64,000 nucleotides of DNA from the NCBI GenBank assembly GCA_028534125.1, contig CM052816.1, positions 51,586,001-51,650,000 on the forward strand, in the 5' to 3' direction. This stretch comes from Lama glama. Its lineage: Eukaryota. Shown here piece by piece: positions 1 to 12,910 of this stretch (position 1 is its first letter; every line of letters begins with the position of its first letter). The position numbers and the translations under genes were made by a program. The notes beneath the pieces are model-generated. The model did no database searches and was not told where the DNA came from. It was given only the letters and a program-made list of their open reading frames with translations.

Positions 1-714
1 AAAATTGTTATGTGTGATTTATCTTATTTCTAACATCTAATCTACATCTTCTTTTTTTATTTTAAAAAGACAGATCATCTCAACCCATTCTTTTTTATTT
101 TACTCCTTTAATTAAAACTGTATTTACTGACCTTGCCTTAAAAAGGGTCTCTTTACTATCTGGCACTCCCCTAGAAGTTGACTGCTTTGCTTGTTAATTG
201 ATGCTTTCCAGCCTGGTGGTACAGGACACTGGATGGCATTCTCTGATGTTCTGATTCAGCCTCAGTGTTAGGCAGGGGTTGTTTCCCTGGGTCTCAAGGC
301 TGTCCCATTCTGAGTAATCCTGTCCTATCCCAGTGATAAGGGGTCCCAGGTAGTCTTGGTTTAAGATGTTTTTCCACCCCTCCCCCTCCAGGGATGGAGA
401 GTTTTTTCCTGTTCTTTTCCTCAGCTAAATTGGGTCTTGGCCTGTGCCCTGAGGACTATAGGTTTTTTTGTTGTTTCTTAGGAGAGAGAGGATTAGGTGG
501 AGCTTTGTTCTTTTTTCACAGTAGCTGCTTTTCCTCTCCTGCAGGCCTGCTACATGAGGGAGTGTCTCTCCAGTTTCTTGGTTTCCCCCTATTTTCTTGT
601 GAGCACCTTGTGAGGTATGTGTGGAGAAGAGTCTGTAACTAGATGAGCATTCCCTGATGTTTCTGGCTCCCAAGGATTCTGCATTCTCATGCTGACTCAC
701 ACTCAGCCTTTAGC
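1..714 (-). mobile_element. Old, degraded L1 (L1M-type) 5'-region remnant
   Basis: T-rich degraded sequence resembling antisense ancient L1 5' UTR/ORF1 region; recognised by eye only. Confidence 0.35.
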
Positions 715-1214
715 NNNNNNNNNNNNNNNNNNNNNNNNNNNNNNNNNNNNNNNNNNNNNNNNNNNNNNNNNNNNNNNNNNNNNNNNNNNNNNNNNNNNNN
801 NNNNNNNNNNNNNNNNNNNNNNNNNNNNNNNNNNNNNNNNNNNNNNNNNNNNNNNNNNNNNNNNNNNNNNNNNNNNNNNNNNNNNNNNNNNNNNNNNNNN
901 NNNNNNNNNNNNNNNNNNNNNNNNNNNNNNNNNNNNNNNNNNNNNNNNNNNNNNNNNNNNNNNNNNNNNNNNNNNNNNNNNNNNNNNNNNNNNNNNNNNN
1001 NNNNNNNNNNNNNNNNNNNNNNNNNNNNNNNNNNNNNNNNNNNNNNNNNNNNNNNNNNNNNNNNNNNNNNNNNNNNNNNNNNNNNNNNNNNNNNNNNNNN
1101 NNNNNNNNNNNNNNNNNNNNNNNNNNNNNNNNNNNNNNNNNNNNNNNNNNNNNNNNNNNNNNNNNNNNNNNNNNNNNNNNNNNNNNNNNNNNNNNNNNNN
1201 NNNNNNNNNNNNNN
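715..1214. other. Assembly gap (500 N)
   Basis: Run of N seen directly. Confidence 1.
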
Positions 1215-1439
1215 CTGTTCAGCTCCGTTGTTCATGATACATACTGGGTTACACATTTGATCTGAAAGGTCCACAATTCCTGCTTTGATTTTCTTTCTGG
1301 TAAACTCTTTTTAAATTTCTGTCTAGAGCCTGGTAATTCTTTTCAGCACTTTCCTCCCCACCCCAGACACATCTCTAAGGCAAATTATGAGAGAGACGAT
1401 TTGAAATTGGTGGGGAAAGGAAATCCCACTTTTAAGGAG

Positions 1440-1630
1440 TAGAAAAATATGGGTTTTGGTGTAAGCTCTTCTTTTATTAGTTAATTCGTCTAGAATTAAT
1501 CACTCATCTAGCTGAACATCTTTTTTCACCTTTAAAAGAGGATTTTAAGACCATTGTTCCTCTTATAGAGTTGCTGCAAGAGTCAAATTGTGTATAAATG
1601 ATCCCTGAAAAATGTAAAACTCTGTAAAAA
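1440..1630 (+). mobile_element. MIR-like SINE remnant
   Basis: Degenerate MIR-like core (cacctttaaaagaggatttt...atagagttgctgcaagagtcaaat). Confidence 0.4.
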
Positions 1631-2635
1631 TTGTGATTTTATTATTACCTTTCTCAGTATACTTTCACCCATGAGTGCATTTATTTTTACCAAGATAAAG
1701 TGGACCAGCTATAATCTATCTGACTTCCTGTTTTTGATTTATTTAAAGAACTTTTTATTATTGGTTTAAAGACTCTTGCAAGAGCGTGAATTTTTTTTTT
1801 TTTGATTTATCTAACTTCTGATTTGAACCTCTCATGCTCTGCTTCATAGACTTCCGTGTTTTTCTTTTGTGGTCACAATTTTCTTATCTCAAAATATGTC
1901 TTTCTACCTTTTAAAGATCTTTTTTTTTTTACTTTATTAGTTGCCCATGTAAAAGTTTATTAGCTACTATTTGTATTTTTGAAGTTCTGATTTTTTTGAT
2001 ATGCCTTCATTTATTTTTTGTTTCTAGTAAGTTGTTGTAAAGTTCCCAGGCATCTTGTCAGTGTTTTTTTCAAAAAAAAGAAAAAACTTTTCTTTGAAAA
2101 GAATATCTCATTTATTAACAATTTTTTGAAAATGTGGAGACTCCATAAGTATTTTCTGAGAAAGCTGAGCATGATGAACAAATATTTACTAAGTACTTAT
2201 CCACCTGTACTTTAGATATCAATTGTGGTTCCTCCTTGGGTCTTAGCCATCAAGGTGTTTGCACCAACATGGTGGCAAGGACAGAGGATGACTAGACTTG
2301 ATGTCTCCATCTACCACTTTCTTCCTTCTTCATAGGAATGTTATGTTCCAGCCTTCCTTCCTTTCCTCTCTTTACTCTGGACCCCTTTCCCATCTTAGTT
2401 TATTCTATTTCAGGCAGGAGGTTTTTTCCTTACATGTACACATTGACATCCTATTTAACTTTTCTGCTTTTCTAAATATGGTCTAGTTATTATGGTAAAA
2501 TCTGTTTATATGCAAAGAACCTCAAACAACCCTAATCAGAAATGAGAAGAATCAGAATACAGTTACTAGTTTATTTGTTTTAAGGATGAAATATTCATAT
2601 GTTTAATGGATATGAGACAAAACATAGTAACAGCC

Positions 2636-2918
2636 TGTGTCCAGTTACCATACTAAGACCACCTTAAAATTCTGTGTTTTGCTAGAAAGATTCATAGAGC
2701 TCAGCATATAGTCATACTCACTGCTATGATTTATTACAGCAAAAGTTTATGAAGCAAAAAAAGGGGAGCTGGAGAAGGCTGGAAGAAAAGGGAGAAGGTT
2801 CAGTGGGGAGCAGGGTGGGTTGGAGGAAACCAGATGCAAGCTTCTGAGAGTCCCCTGTCAGTAGAGTTATACAAGATGCACTAAATTCCTCCAGCAACTA
2901 TTTGTGATAACAAATGTT
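2636..2918. mobile_element. MER21-like LTR, left part (interrupted by L1)
   Basis: Starts tgtgtcc; MER21-like motifs catactcactgctatgatttattacagc and ggaaaccagatgcaagcttc; stops abruptly at L1 sequence. Confidence 0.7.
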
Positions 2919-3946
2919 AAAAATAGAACTTCCATTAACCATATAATCCAGCAATTCCACTCCTAGGTATTTATCTGAAGAAAACAAAAATACTAATTCC
3001 AAAAGATGTATGTACCCCTGTGTTCATTGCAGCATTATTTACAATAGCTAAGATATGAAATAACCTAAGTGTCCATCAACAGATGAATGGATAAAGATGT
3101 GTATATGTACAATGGACTATTACTAATCCATAAAAAAGAATTAAATCTTACCATTTGTAACATGATTGGTCCTGGAAGGTATCATGCTAAGTGAAATTAG
3201 TCAGAGAAGGACAAATACTGTATGATTTTACTTACATGTGGAATCTAAAAACCAAAACAAATGATCAAATGTAACAAAACAGAAACAGTTATAGATAAAG
3301 AGGACAGACAGGTAGTTGCCAGAAAGCAGTGGGGTGGGGGTGGGGGAAAGACAGGTGAGGGAGATGAAGAGATACAAACTTCTAGTTACAAAATAAATCA
3401 ATTACAGGTATGAAATGTGCAGTGTGGAGAATACAGTCAATAAGTATGTAATATTTTTGTATGGTGACTATTGTAACTAGACTTATTGTGGTGATCATTT
3501 TGAAATGTATAGAAATATCAAATCACTATATTATGTAACAGGAACTTACATGGTGTTGTCGATCAATTATACCTCAAAAACAAACTCATAGAAAAAAAGA
3601 TCAGATTTGGTGGGTAGGGGGGAGAGGAATTAGATGCAGGTAGTCAAAAGGCACAAAATTCCAGTTATAAGATAAATAAGTACTAGGGAAGTAATGTACA
3701 ACAGGATAAATATAATTACCACTGCTATATGGTATCTATGAACATTGTTAAGAGAGTAAATACTAAGAGTACTCATTACAAAAAAAGGTTTTTTTTCTAT
3801 TTCTTTAATTATGTTTCCATATGAGATGATGATATTCACTAAACTTACTGTGGTAATCATTTCATGATGTCATATCATTTTACTGTACACCTTAAATTTA
3901 TAAAGTGCTATATGTCAGTCATGTTTCAATAAAACTGGAAGAAAAA
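2919..3946 (+). mobile_element. 5'-truncated L1 (ORF2 C-terminus plus bipartite 3' UTR)
   Basis: atccagcaattccactcctaggtat, ctaagtgtccatcaacagatgaatggataaag and atgctaagtgaaat motifs; ends caataaaactggaagaaaaa. Confidence 0.9.
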
Positions 3947-4226
3947 GTGTGAAACCTCCACCAGGGAAGCTTATGTGAGACCCAGTGCCTACTTTTACTG
4001 GGGGCTGGTCAAGTAGACTCACTCTCCTAGAATGAAAACTGGTGTTCAGTATAGACCGTATTGTTTGTGCAAACAGTTTAGGCCTAGTGAACTATCATTT
4101 TGTGAATGGTGAGAACCCTCCGAAAATCAAAGTTCCTGTAGGTCAGCCAAAGACCAGTCTTGCAGCTTAGCAGGCCTTTCTAAGGATTGCAACCTCAAGT
4201 CTGTGACGTTAACTCTTTTTTGCACA
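3947..4226. mobile_element. MER21-like LTR, right part
   Basis: Resumes with gtgtgaaa...ccagggaagct and ends gttaactcttttttgcaca (CA terminus). Confidence 0.7.
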
Positions 4227-7200
4227 CTGCTATTCGACTTTGAAGGTCCTCCCTGAAAGCATCCAAAAACTCTGTTCAGATCAATACAGAACTCTGGTTA
4301 TGTTTCCTCATGGTCTGCTAATTAAACAAACACTACCACTTGTTAAAGCTATTATAACATTATAAAACAATTTTCTATTACTTTTCACCTCAAATAGTAT
4401 TTCTACTATGAATTTAAAAGGCTTTTTGGATACACTCAGGAATTTTATAACAAGTTTTCTTACATAAAACTTCATTCCCAGTTTCAAACAACTGATTTGA
4501 AAATGAAATTTTAGAATAAGATCTAGATTGAGGATTTTTTTAATATGCAGTATGCAGAGAAGAAAGAAATTAGAGTAGATTGAATTCACTGGAGATGCCT
4601 TTAAGGAAGAAACTGGAATTGAACTGAAGATGGGGTGTGTAAGAAAATGAAAAAAAGGACAAAGGATATGCTAGGGAAACAGGTTAGCATGGCTAAGGGA
4701 AGACTGAAGATGGGGTGGGTTTGAGGGGAGAGATAATTGTATGTTATTACTCTGAAGCAAATGTAAACTCAGTCACTTTTTGCATCAGTCCTGTTGAGAC
4801 ACAGATGCCTGATTCATATATTTTCTGCCTTTGTAGATTCTAAAACTTTCTAGGAAGACCTACTTTTCTTATTTAAAAGTTTATATGAGGTATAAATATT
4901 ATATGCATTTCTCTTTGTTGTTTCCCAGTTGTAAACTATTTAACCCATAGGGTTGTTTTGAAGATTAAGTAAGATGATACGTGAAAAAGCTTTGTGAAAG
5001 TATTTATGGCCACCGTTTAACAAAATTATAACTGTCTCATCCTAAGTGTTTATTATGTATGGAATATCTGCACAATATTATGTATCTTCCTCAGTTTGCT
5101 CTCATCTATTCTTCTGCCACCTCCCTGAATATTTATACCAGCAGGTCCTCTTGCAGCTAAATATTATAGTTCCTCTATTTTATGGTGTAGGACCCTAGCA
5201 TTTACATATGTGCTGGTTTGGATTTTCCTTCTTCCTCGTACCATATAGTTTCCTTATTTGGCCTTTGTTTCCTGTTTTCCTTTGGCATACGATTCAATTA
5301 TTTGGAAAGCAACATTTATAAGACTGAATCCTTTGTACTTTGTTTCTTTGCAGTATTTTTAAAGGTTAAGGTAGAATTTAAAAGGGTTGTCAAGTCCAGG
5401 ATAGCAAAACTATATAATAAAAATTCTTTCTTTGTTCTAATAAGAGGTGGAAAATAATTCATGAGTGCCGAGTGCCTAGCCTAAAGCTGCCTTGCATGTT
5501 ATAATTATGTATAAACACTTGTCTTAATGTGAAAAATTAACTCTTTCAAATATAAGATGTATTAGAAGAACTATTAGAAATTCAACTAACTAATCATTGC
5601 CTCTAAAACAACAAAACTCTTGGTAAACAGCTAGATGAAACATTAAAAATTTTAGACCAACTATTTGAGTATATACCAATCACTAAAAGAACTAAAAGAA
5701 CCACCTAGCTATTAATGAATAGGGCAGTAATTGGCTGATTTATTCTCTCTCTCCAGATTTATGAAGTGTGTAGAAACACTGTTCAAGTTTATTAAATAAC
5801 ATATCAGTGTTACATTGGGTAACCATAATTCACCTGTTTGAAGCTAGTTTTTGATCATAGAGGCTGGTGTGATATAGTTATGTTAAAAATTCAAGAATAG
5901 CAAATACTAGGTTTAGCATCTGGTTTATTAACATTAGATGGAAAACTGCATTTGGAGAAGATGGGTTTGAAATAAGAAGAGCTAGAAAAAAACTATGGAT
6001 GGAAATTTCTAGAATGGCATGGGTATTTGATAGGTAAATATGAATAAAAATGCCATGTTCTGTTTAAAGGCCAAGAAGCTGTTCCTTAGTAAGAGTTTTT
6101 ATTTCGATCGCCAGTAAGCTAGTACATTCTAAAACTAGTTGGACAGCTATGGGAAGCCACATTTCAGATGGGAAATGTGTCAAAATGTCTACTTTTTAAA
6201 ATGAAGGAGAAACATACATGTGGTAGCACCATTTATGGGTTTGATGTAGTTTTCAGAATAGTTCCTTTGTTGTTTCTATTTTAAAATATCTATATGTTAA
6301 AAGAGGATAGTAATCTATTTGATCATATGTATTTACCATCAAGTTTCAATAATAATTACAAAATTTTTCTTTTCATTTGTGTCATTTATATATCTTCTGT
6401 AAATGAGAAATTCATGTTACAAAGAAAATCATACTGTAACAAGTCTAGTACAAAAATTGAGTACATTATACGGTAGGTTCAATATAAACTGTTTTCAAAA
6501 GAATGTTTTCTTTTTGTGAATTCGTGAAATGCATATTGAACTAGTTAGATTTTTTTTAATGAGTAGAATGGAAAAAATCTCACCTTTTGCACCATAAATT
6601 TTTTTAAAGTATAAATTCCTCAAAATAAAACAATTTTGTTAACTATTCTATTTTCTGTATTTTTTTAAGTTTATGAAAGAAAAAATAATAACAGCTCATA
6701 AATCCTCAACCCCCAACAGAGAGGGATACCTTTGTCTTGTGAACATGGATTTTCTTAGACAAAACAACCAGAGCTTTAACCTGATGCTTAAGCAAACTGA
6801 GCTTATACTCCAAGGGAAAAGCTATTTACTTTGAGGCTCAGTTTAAGAAGCCCTTTGAAGAACTGGGGAAAATCAGATGGCTTTAGCTGAGATAGAACTT
6901 GATTACTGCTGATAAAAACATTTGTATATTTTTAATTTAGTAAGCTTTAACTCTAAATTTCTGAGTTAAAACTTACTTAGAATTTAAAGCTAGTATAAAA
7001 TTTAATCAGGGTATTTATTTTTGAAGCAGTTATTTGACCTTCTGTTTTAGATTGCATTTTTCCTTATGTATCTTTGCTTAAAAGGAGCCAACCAAATGGA
7101 AAATATTGAGGAGACAGGCACAGAGACTCCACATGAGAACAAGACTGTCCTTAGCTTTGTGTACAAAATATATCTCCTGTACTTACATGCTTTTAAAATA

Positions 7201-8231
7201 ACATCATACTGTGCTCAATTTTAGGCAACAAGTAGCTGTAAGTGATAGATTCTCTCAGCAGAAACATTTTCCTCTGTCTTCTATGGGGAAAAGTCATCAT
7301 TTTTCTCTACTATTTTTAAAAGGCTGAAATTGAATTTTTCAACTTAGTAGAGTCACTCTTATTCTTACTAGATTTTTCTTCTTGGCTCTGAAGGTTCCTG
7401 TTAACATGGTACTGCTTCCACAAAGATTCTAAGGTATGAAGTAACAGACTTTTAGAGCTAAAAGTGACTTTTCAGATTATATAGTCATACACTTTCATTT
7501 TACATTTAACCCCAGTGTCAGCTCAAGCCTCCTATCCATCCTGTGGCCTTTTTAGTATTGCTACGTGTCCTCAGGGATTGTATGTTCATGGTTACCTCCA
7601 GCTTCAAGTTTCTGACCCGTGGGTACTCTTGATCTCATTTGCAGCACACCTCACCCAATAATCATTTTTTCTCTGTCCCTTATAGACCCAGGCAATACAT
7701 GCTATGTTTGAATTAGCCATCAATTAGTGCCTATCAGGTACCAGACCGTTAATATACTGCTTAGAACCAGAGTAGTGGACTGTATATTTGACCCATAAAA
7801 TCTGTGCTTTCACTTAACTTTCTTCTGGGTTACTTGGTGCTCTAAGTAGAAAAGTAAAATATTCTGTACTTGGTCTATATTCTTTTCCTTTATTTTCAGA
7901 TCTGAGATATTAAGTGGTCTAAAGACCTTCATTATGAACATAACTATATTGAAGATTATCTTTAATCATTTATACTTTAAAAAATAGGGTACTGAGATAA
8001 TGGCAGAACCAGAAGCTGGGCACAATAAAATTAACATTTGGTATTAACATATGGTGTCACTGTGTGTCCTTGCCTTCTATTCACAAAGTGCTTTTTCTTC
8101 TCACCTAAAGGTGAGATTTTTTTCTTTTAGGAGAATTCTAGTTTAAATGTTTTACCTCATAAATACCTTGACATTGGGCAGGTATATACTTGATGTAGGG
8201 TCCTACACCTGAGACTGTGGTAAGATACCAA

Positions 8232-8290
8232 TAGTAGTGGTGGCGGTGGTGGCAGCAGTAGTAGTAGCAGTAGTAGTAGTAGTAGTAGTA
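8232..8290. repeat. Imperfect (TAG)n/(TGG)n/(CAG)n trinucleotide microsatellite
   Basis: tagtagtggtggcggtggtggcagcagtagtagtagcagtagtag... seen directly. Confidence 0.95.
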
Positions 8291-9959
8291 TCATCTGTAA
8301 TAAGATACCTGTCTCTTTTGCCAGATATCTATTTGCCAGGGTTATACAATAATTCCTTTACAAAGCAGAAAAAACAAAATGTGGAGCTATGAACATACAG
8401 GATCGAGAAACTAGACACATGATGCTCTTTGCCCAACCAGAAACTCAGATTTATAGTCCGACATTGGAACTATTACAGAAAACCAGTATGGATGTTGATT
8501 TTGCATTGACTGTCTTTTGGCTGAGTTGTCGCCTTGTTTATCTGCCTTCCATGCAGGCCTTGCTCAGTAGGTAAATGTTCATGAGCTTGAGTAGAATTTC
8601 GAGTTAACGTGACCCCTGGTCTTTCACTGCCCACCTGAGCAGTGTGGAGAGTATGACTTTATAGAGGTTCTTCCCTCTTGAGAACGTATCACTGACTGTT
8701 TCTTCGCCTGCTAGTGCAACCTCCTTTTTTACTCAAATTGTAAATGTTGCCTAATTGCTGTACAGTTAGATTTCTCTGGCAAAAACATTAATTCTATAGT
8801 TCTGCTTCAATATCATACATCATAGGGGCCATAATTTAATAAAAATACAGAAGGGTTTTTTTCTCTATAGAAAAAAAAGCCTCTTCACCCAACCTCTTAC
8901 CATTCTCTCCTTACAATTCAAAATTTCAAAGTGGACACCAAGAGGTACTAATTTGTTTGTTTTATAGAACCTTTTTGTAATGCCTATTGAAATAGTAAGC
9001 TTCCTTAATTCATTAAATACTATTTATAGAACATTGATTCCTTAACTGAGGGGCTATAGGGCAGATAAACTGAAAATTAAATTGAGTCACTGCCAAATTA
9101 AGATCAGAAATTAAGATAAAGCATCTCTTAAATTTAAAAATGATACTTACTGGCAACTTCTTATGAATATATCTATGGTATAAAGTGGGTCTATTTGTAA
9201 TGCATTCTTGTTGTGAATTTAATGACCATATGTTTTAATTAATTTGAAAACTGTTTCTGGCAGTTGATCAGGACAGGAACTGGCAAAACTATTCACAAGG
9301 TAGTGTGTAGGGGCTGTTTGAAGGCTTCCTTTCCTTATTGTGAAAGCCTTTATGTGATTATATAATGTGCGTGTGCATGTGTGTATGTGCACTGAGGGGC
9401 CAGGTGCTGTTTTTTTTTAACTGTCAGCTCTTTGAAACTATATCATAGAAACCATAGCTTTTAAAACCAGAATATTTTCACTCCTATTTCTACAGTGGAT
9501 GAGGACAGAAGCAGCTAAGATTAAAATTAAAAACGTAATGAAGTAAGCATTCTTTAAACCATCCTTAATGAGGTCTATACAGTTTAATGTAATATAATGT
9601 AATCTCTCTTTTCTTCCTTTGTCAGTCCCCTTCTTACACCTTAGCACTCAGAACTGCCACTATGCAAGTTTTTCTCTTCCGTCCTCATAATTCATTCTAT
9701 CATTCGTATTAGTATGACTCCCCAGTCCCTCTCAAGCTTTAGTCTTACTTCTCCAGTTGATCCTTTGGACATTAGTACTTGGAGATCATTCTCCCACTTT
9801 GACTATTAACAATATAAATTTTAATTATTGGTATGATTTGCTAATACTATGTAGTTGTAAACTTTCAGTGCCTAGCATAATGCCTAGTGCATTTCATATA
9901 AATATTTAATAATATGGAATGATTAATCATTTTGCTGTACTTACTTTAAATGGAAGTCA

Positions 9960-10125
9960 GTGTCATATAACGACCAAAAGCAAGCAGTGTCTTTGGAGTC
10001 AGGCAGATAGATAGATCTAGTTTTATATCCATGTTCTGCCATTAAATGCTATGTGATTATGTACCATAAGCACTATGTTGATGAACCTCTTCAAGGCTCA
10101 TTTCCTGATCTTTAAAAAGTAAACT
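9960..10125 (+). mobile_element. MIR remnant
   Basis: ctttggagtcaggcaga...ttctgccatt...ctatgtga...aacctct...ctcatttcctgatctttaaaa. Confidence 0.55.
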
Positions 10126-12399
10126 TCAATTCAAGTATGACATATATACATACATGTGTATAAACATGTATCAATGTTTTAAATTCATTCAGCCTGTCTC
10201 TTATTTACTTTGTGCTGATACATTGGTTTTTTAAAAGGTTATTTTTGTATGTTAGGATTGGGAACAAATTTATTACACCAAAGTTGATTGACTGGCCCCA
10301 TTTTTCCATTGAGATACTTTTTTAGGGGAGTATGATATGACAGAGAGGCAATATCAGAGCAGATTGTCATTGCTTTGGGGTCTATCATTTGCCAAAAAAT
10401 GGTGACAGGAAGTGCATCCCAGATCACAGTGTTATTCCTTGACTGTCCCTTTATATCTGCTTCTTCCTGCCTAGGCTGGGTGAGTAGATCATATATGAGA
10501 GAAGTATAAGTTAGTTGTTTTCGAAGATTTTATGGTAATAGGTAGTTGTAAATTAATTTTTTTCTGGCACTTTTTTTTCTGAGAGCACTAATGACTAGAG
10601 TTCATTTTGTTTTGTTTTTTAACATAGGCATCTGTTGACAAGTTACATAGCTGATTATTTAAATAGATTCCATTTTCATTATGTAGTACATCTCTTGGTA
10701 TATTAAAATTACCCCTCAATTTTTCAAAGCTGAAGTGGTATTCAGACCAAACTGCAATGACAGAAAAGTCACTACCATTTTGATTTTGTGTTACAACAAT
10801 CCCTGATGACTTACGACGATAGTCAAGCACTCTTGGCAGCTAGTCTGACTGAATGGCTGTTCTTGAACATGTATAAAATGGAGGGTTTTTCCCATAGGTA
10901 GTTGCATTTTATTTGTTTGTTTCCAGTTAGGTTCCTTGGACATATTTTCAAACCACTCAGAAGTTAATTTATAAATACATTTATCCACTTGTAAATAAGT
11001 GGATTTGGATTTGTGAATATTCTTATAAAGAAAGATTTAATTTATAATCAGATTTTCATCTGCATTAGAGGAAGCAACAGTGATGTGTCTAAATAAGCTG
11101 TAATGTCATCACATATTCTTTTGATTCTGTGAAATAAGGTTTCTTTTTGGTGGAATTTGGGTTTATGTTACATACTCAGGGTTAAAGCATTGTTCTTAAG
11201 CAATAAATTCCAGATTTAGGCTAATGGAGGTACTTACATAAATGAGAGTTAGCCCGGAAAAGGACCAGATGGGAGAGCGTCAGACTTTTTGACTTCAGTT
11301 TCATTATGAAAAATATATTATTGGCAGATTGGAAAGAGCATCCAATGTTTCCTATTATAAGCAATATATTTAACTTTGAAAAGAAGTATGCTTCCTAATG
11401 TTACATTGCAGAAGAGTGGTATAAAGTGATTAATAGTATATTAAGAAAGAAAATACATTTCATGTAAAAAAAGGAATAAAGTAAAATACTCTTTAGTATT
11501 TCACATAACCATTTAGGCTGTTGAATTTTAGATTATGTACTTAAAAAAGAAAAAAATGTTAAAGGAGAACAAGACTGTGAGTAAGGGATTAGGGTGTCTC
11601 ATTAGTGTTTCCCTGACCTACGAAGCACTGTGTCTGAATAGCTGGAACAGAAGCCTAGAAAAAAAATAATAAAGAGATTTATAGTTAGTAGATACTTGAA
11701 AGAATGGTCATAGACACAGATTTTTCTCATCTTTCATTTCTCATTTTTGCTATCAGCCTACTTTTTTATGATTTACCTTTATTTGTGCAATTGACTTTTG
11801 TAAATTTGTAGTTTATCTTTGTAATTTACTTCTTGTAATCTTTCTCATTATTGAATACTCTCCTTTTCTCTTTATCCATTTTCTTTTCCGTTTTTGCATT
11901 CCTTCTTACTGACTCATCTTTCTTTCCCTATCACTGCTTTTTGTTCTTTCAGTACTTTTTTATCTTTGGCCCTTTCCTTTTTTCTCTTTAATTGTATGCA
12001 TTTCTTAAATTCTAGAAATAATTTAAACTCAATTATGTGGCAACTCTTTTATAATAAGCAAAATTTATTTTTGAATTAGCGTAATAGGTCAGCGTGATCT
12101 TTGTAATAGCACTCTGATCCTTACCAAGCTCTGATGTTCTTTGGGATTTTGAAGTGGCAGGAGAGGACAGCGAGCAGAGAGCACCTCATGAAATTGCGTC
12201 AGTGTGGGACTCTTGAAGCTCTGTAATTCAAGCATCCTCTAATTCTTATTTGGAAGTAGTCACAATGTGATATCTTTGACCAATTATTTAGTCTATACAC
12301 GTGTAATTGCTAATTAAAGGAAAATTTGAATCTAAATGAGTAGTTATAGAATTATGACATGCTCTTAATATATTTTGAAAGGTTTGTTAAGTGTGCTGT

Positions 12400-12600
12400 T
12401 TGTCTCTCTGCCTGGGTTTAGTCCCCTTTGAACCATTTACAAGCTATCTCATCTTGAGTAAGTTACTTAATTCTGCTAAATATTTTTTTTCTCTAGTTAA
12501 ATAGGGCTAATAATAATATGTGTCTAACAGAGGTGTAAATATGGTAATTCATTCAACTTTATACAATCTGGTATATCATAAGCTCTTAATGATAGCTGCT
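12400..12600 (+). mobile_element. MIR remnant
   Basis: cctgggtttagtccc...ccatttacaagct...cttgagtaagttacttaatt...aaatagggctaataata. Confidence 0.6.
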
Positions 12601-12910
12601 GCTTCAGCTATTGCTGTAACTAAAACTACTATTTTTTTAGTAAGTACTTGTACTGCACTTTAAAAGTTAATCTCAACATGAAGCAAGAGAGGTGGAGAAA
12701 AGGATGTAATAATTTATATAGGGTTACTATTAAATTTTTTGGCTTAATAAGTTATGTGGAAATTAAAATTTTAAATGGGAAAAATAAAAATGTGTTTCAT
12801 TGGTTTAAAGACAAATAATTTTGCTTTCTTTCTAAATTTTTGTTCTTATGCTTTTCTTACTCTATTTGTAAGCTACTACATAGGATATTTTAAATTTATT
12901 CTTCTTAGTT

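Noticed and set aside
687..1274. Long ORFs spanning N runs (also 35765-36622 and 35982-36521)
   Set aside because: Their length comes from X residues in assembly gaps.
4623..4717. 15-bp direct repeat actgaagatggggtg with 80-bp spacing
   Set aside because: Only two copies, no array, and the intervening sequence is not a recognisable insertion; not CRISPR-like.
10588..10830. 80-aa minus ORF in unique DNA
   Set aside because: Non-ATG start, no recognisable protein and no matching splice-site pair.
10983..11004. 8-bp inverted repeat atccactt/aagtggat (similar one near 38764)
   Set aside because: Several such short hairpins are expected by chance in 64 kb.
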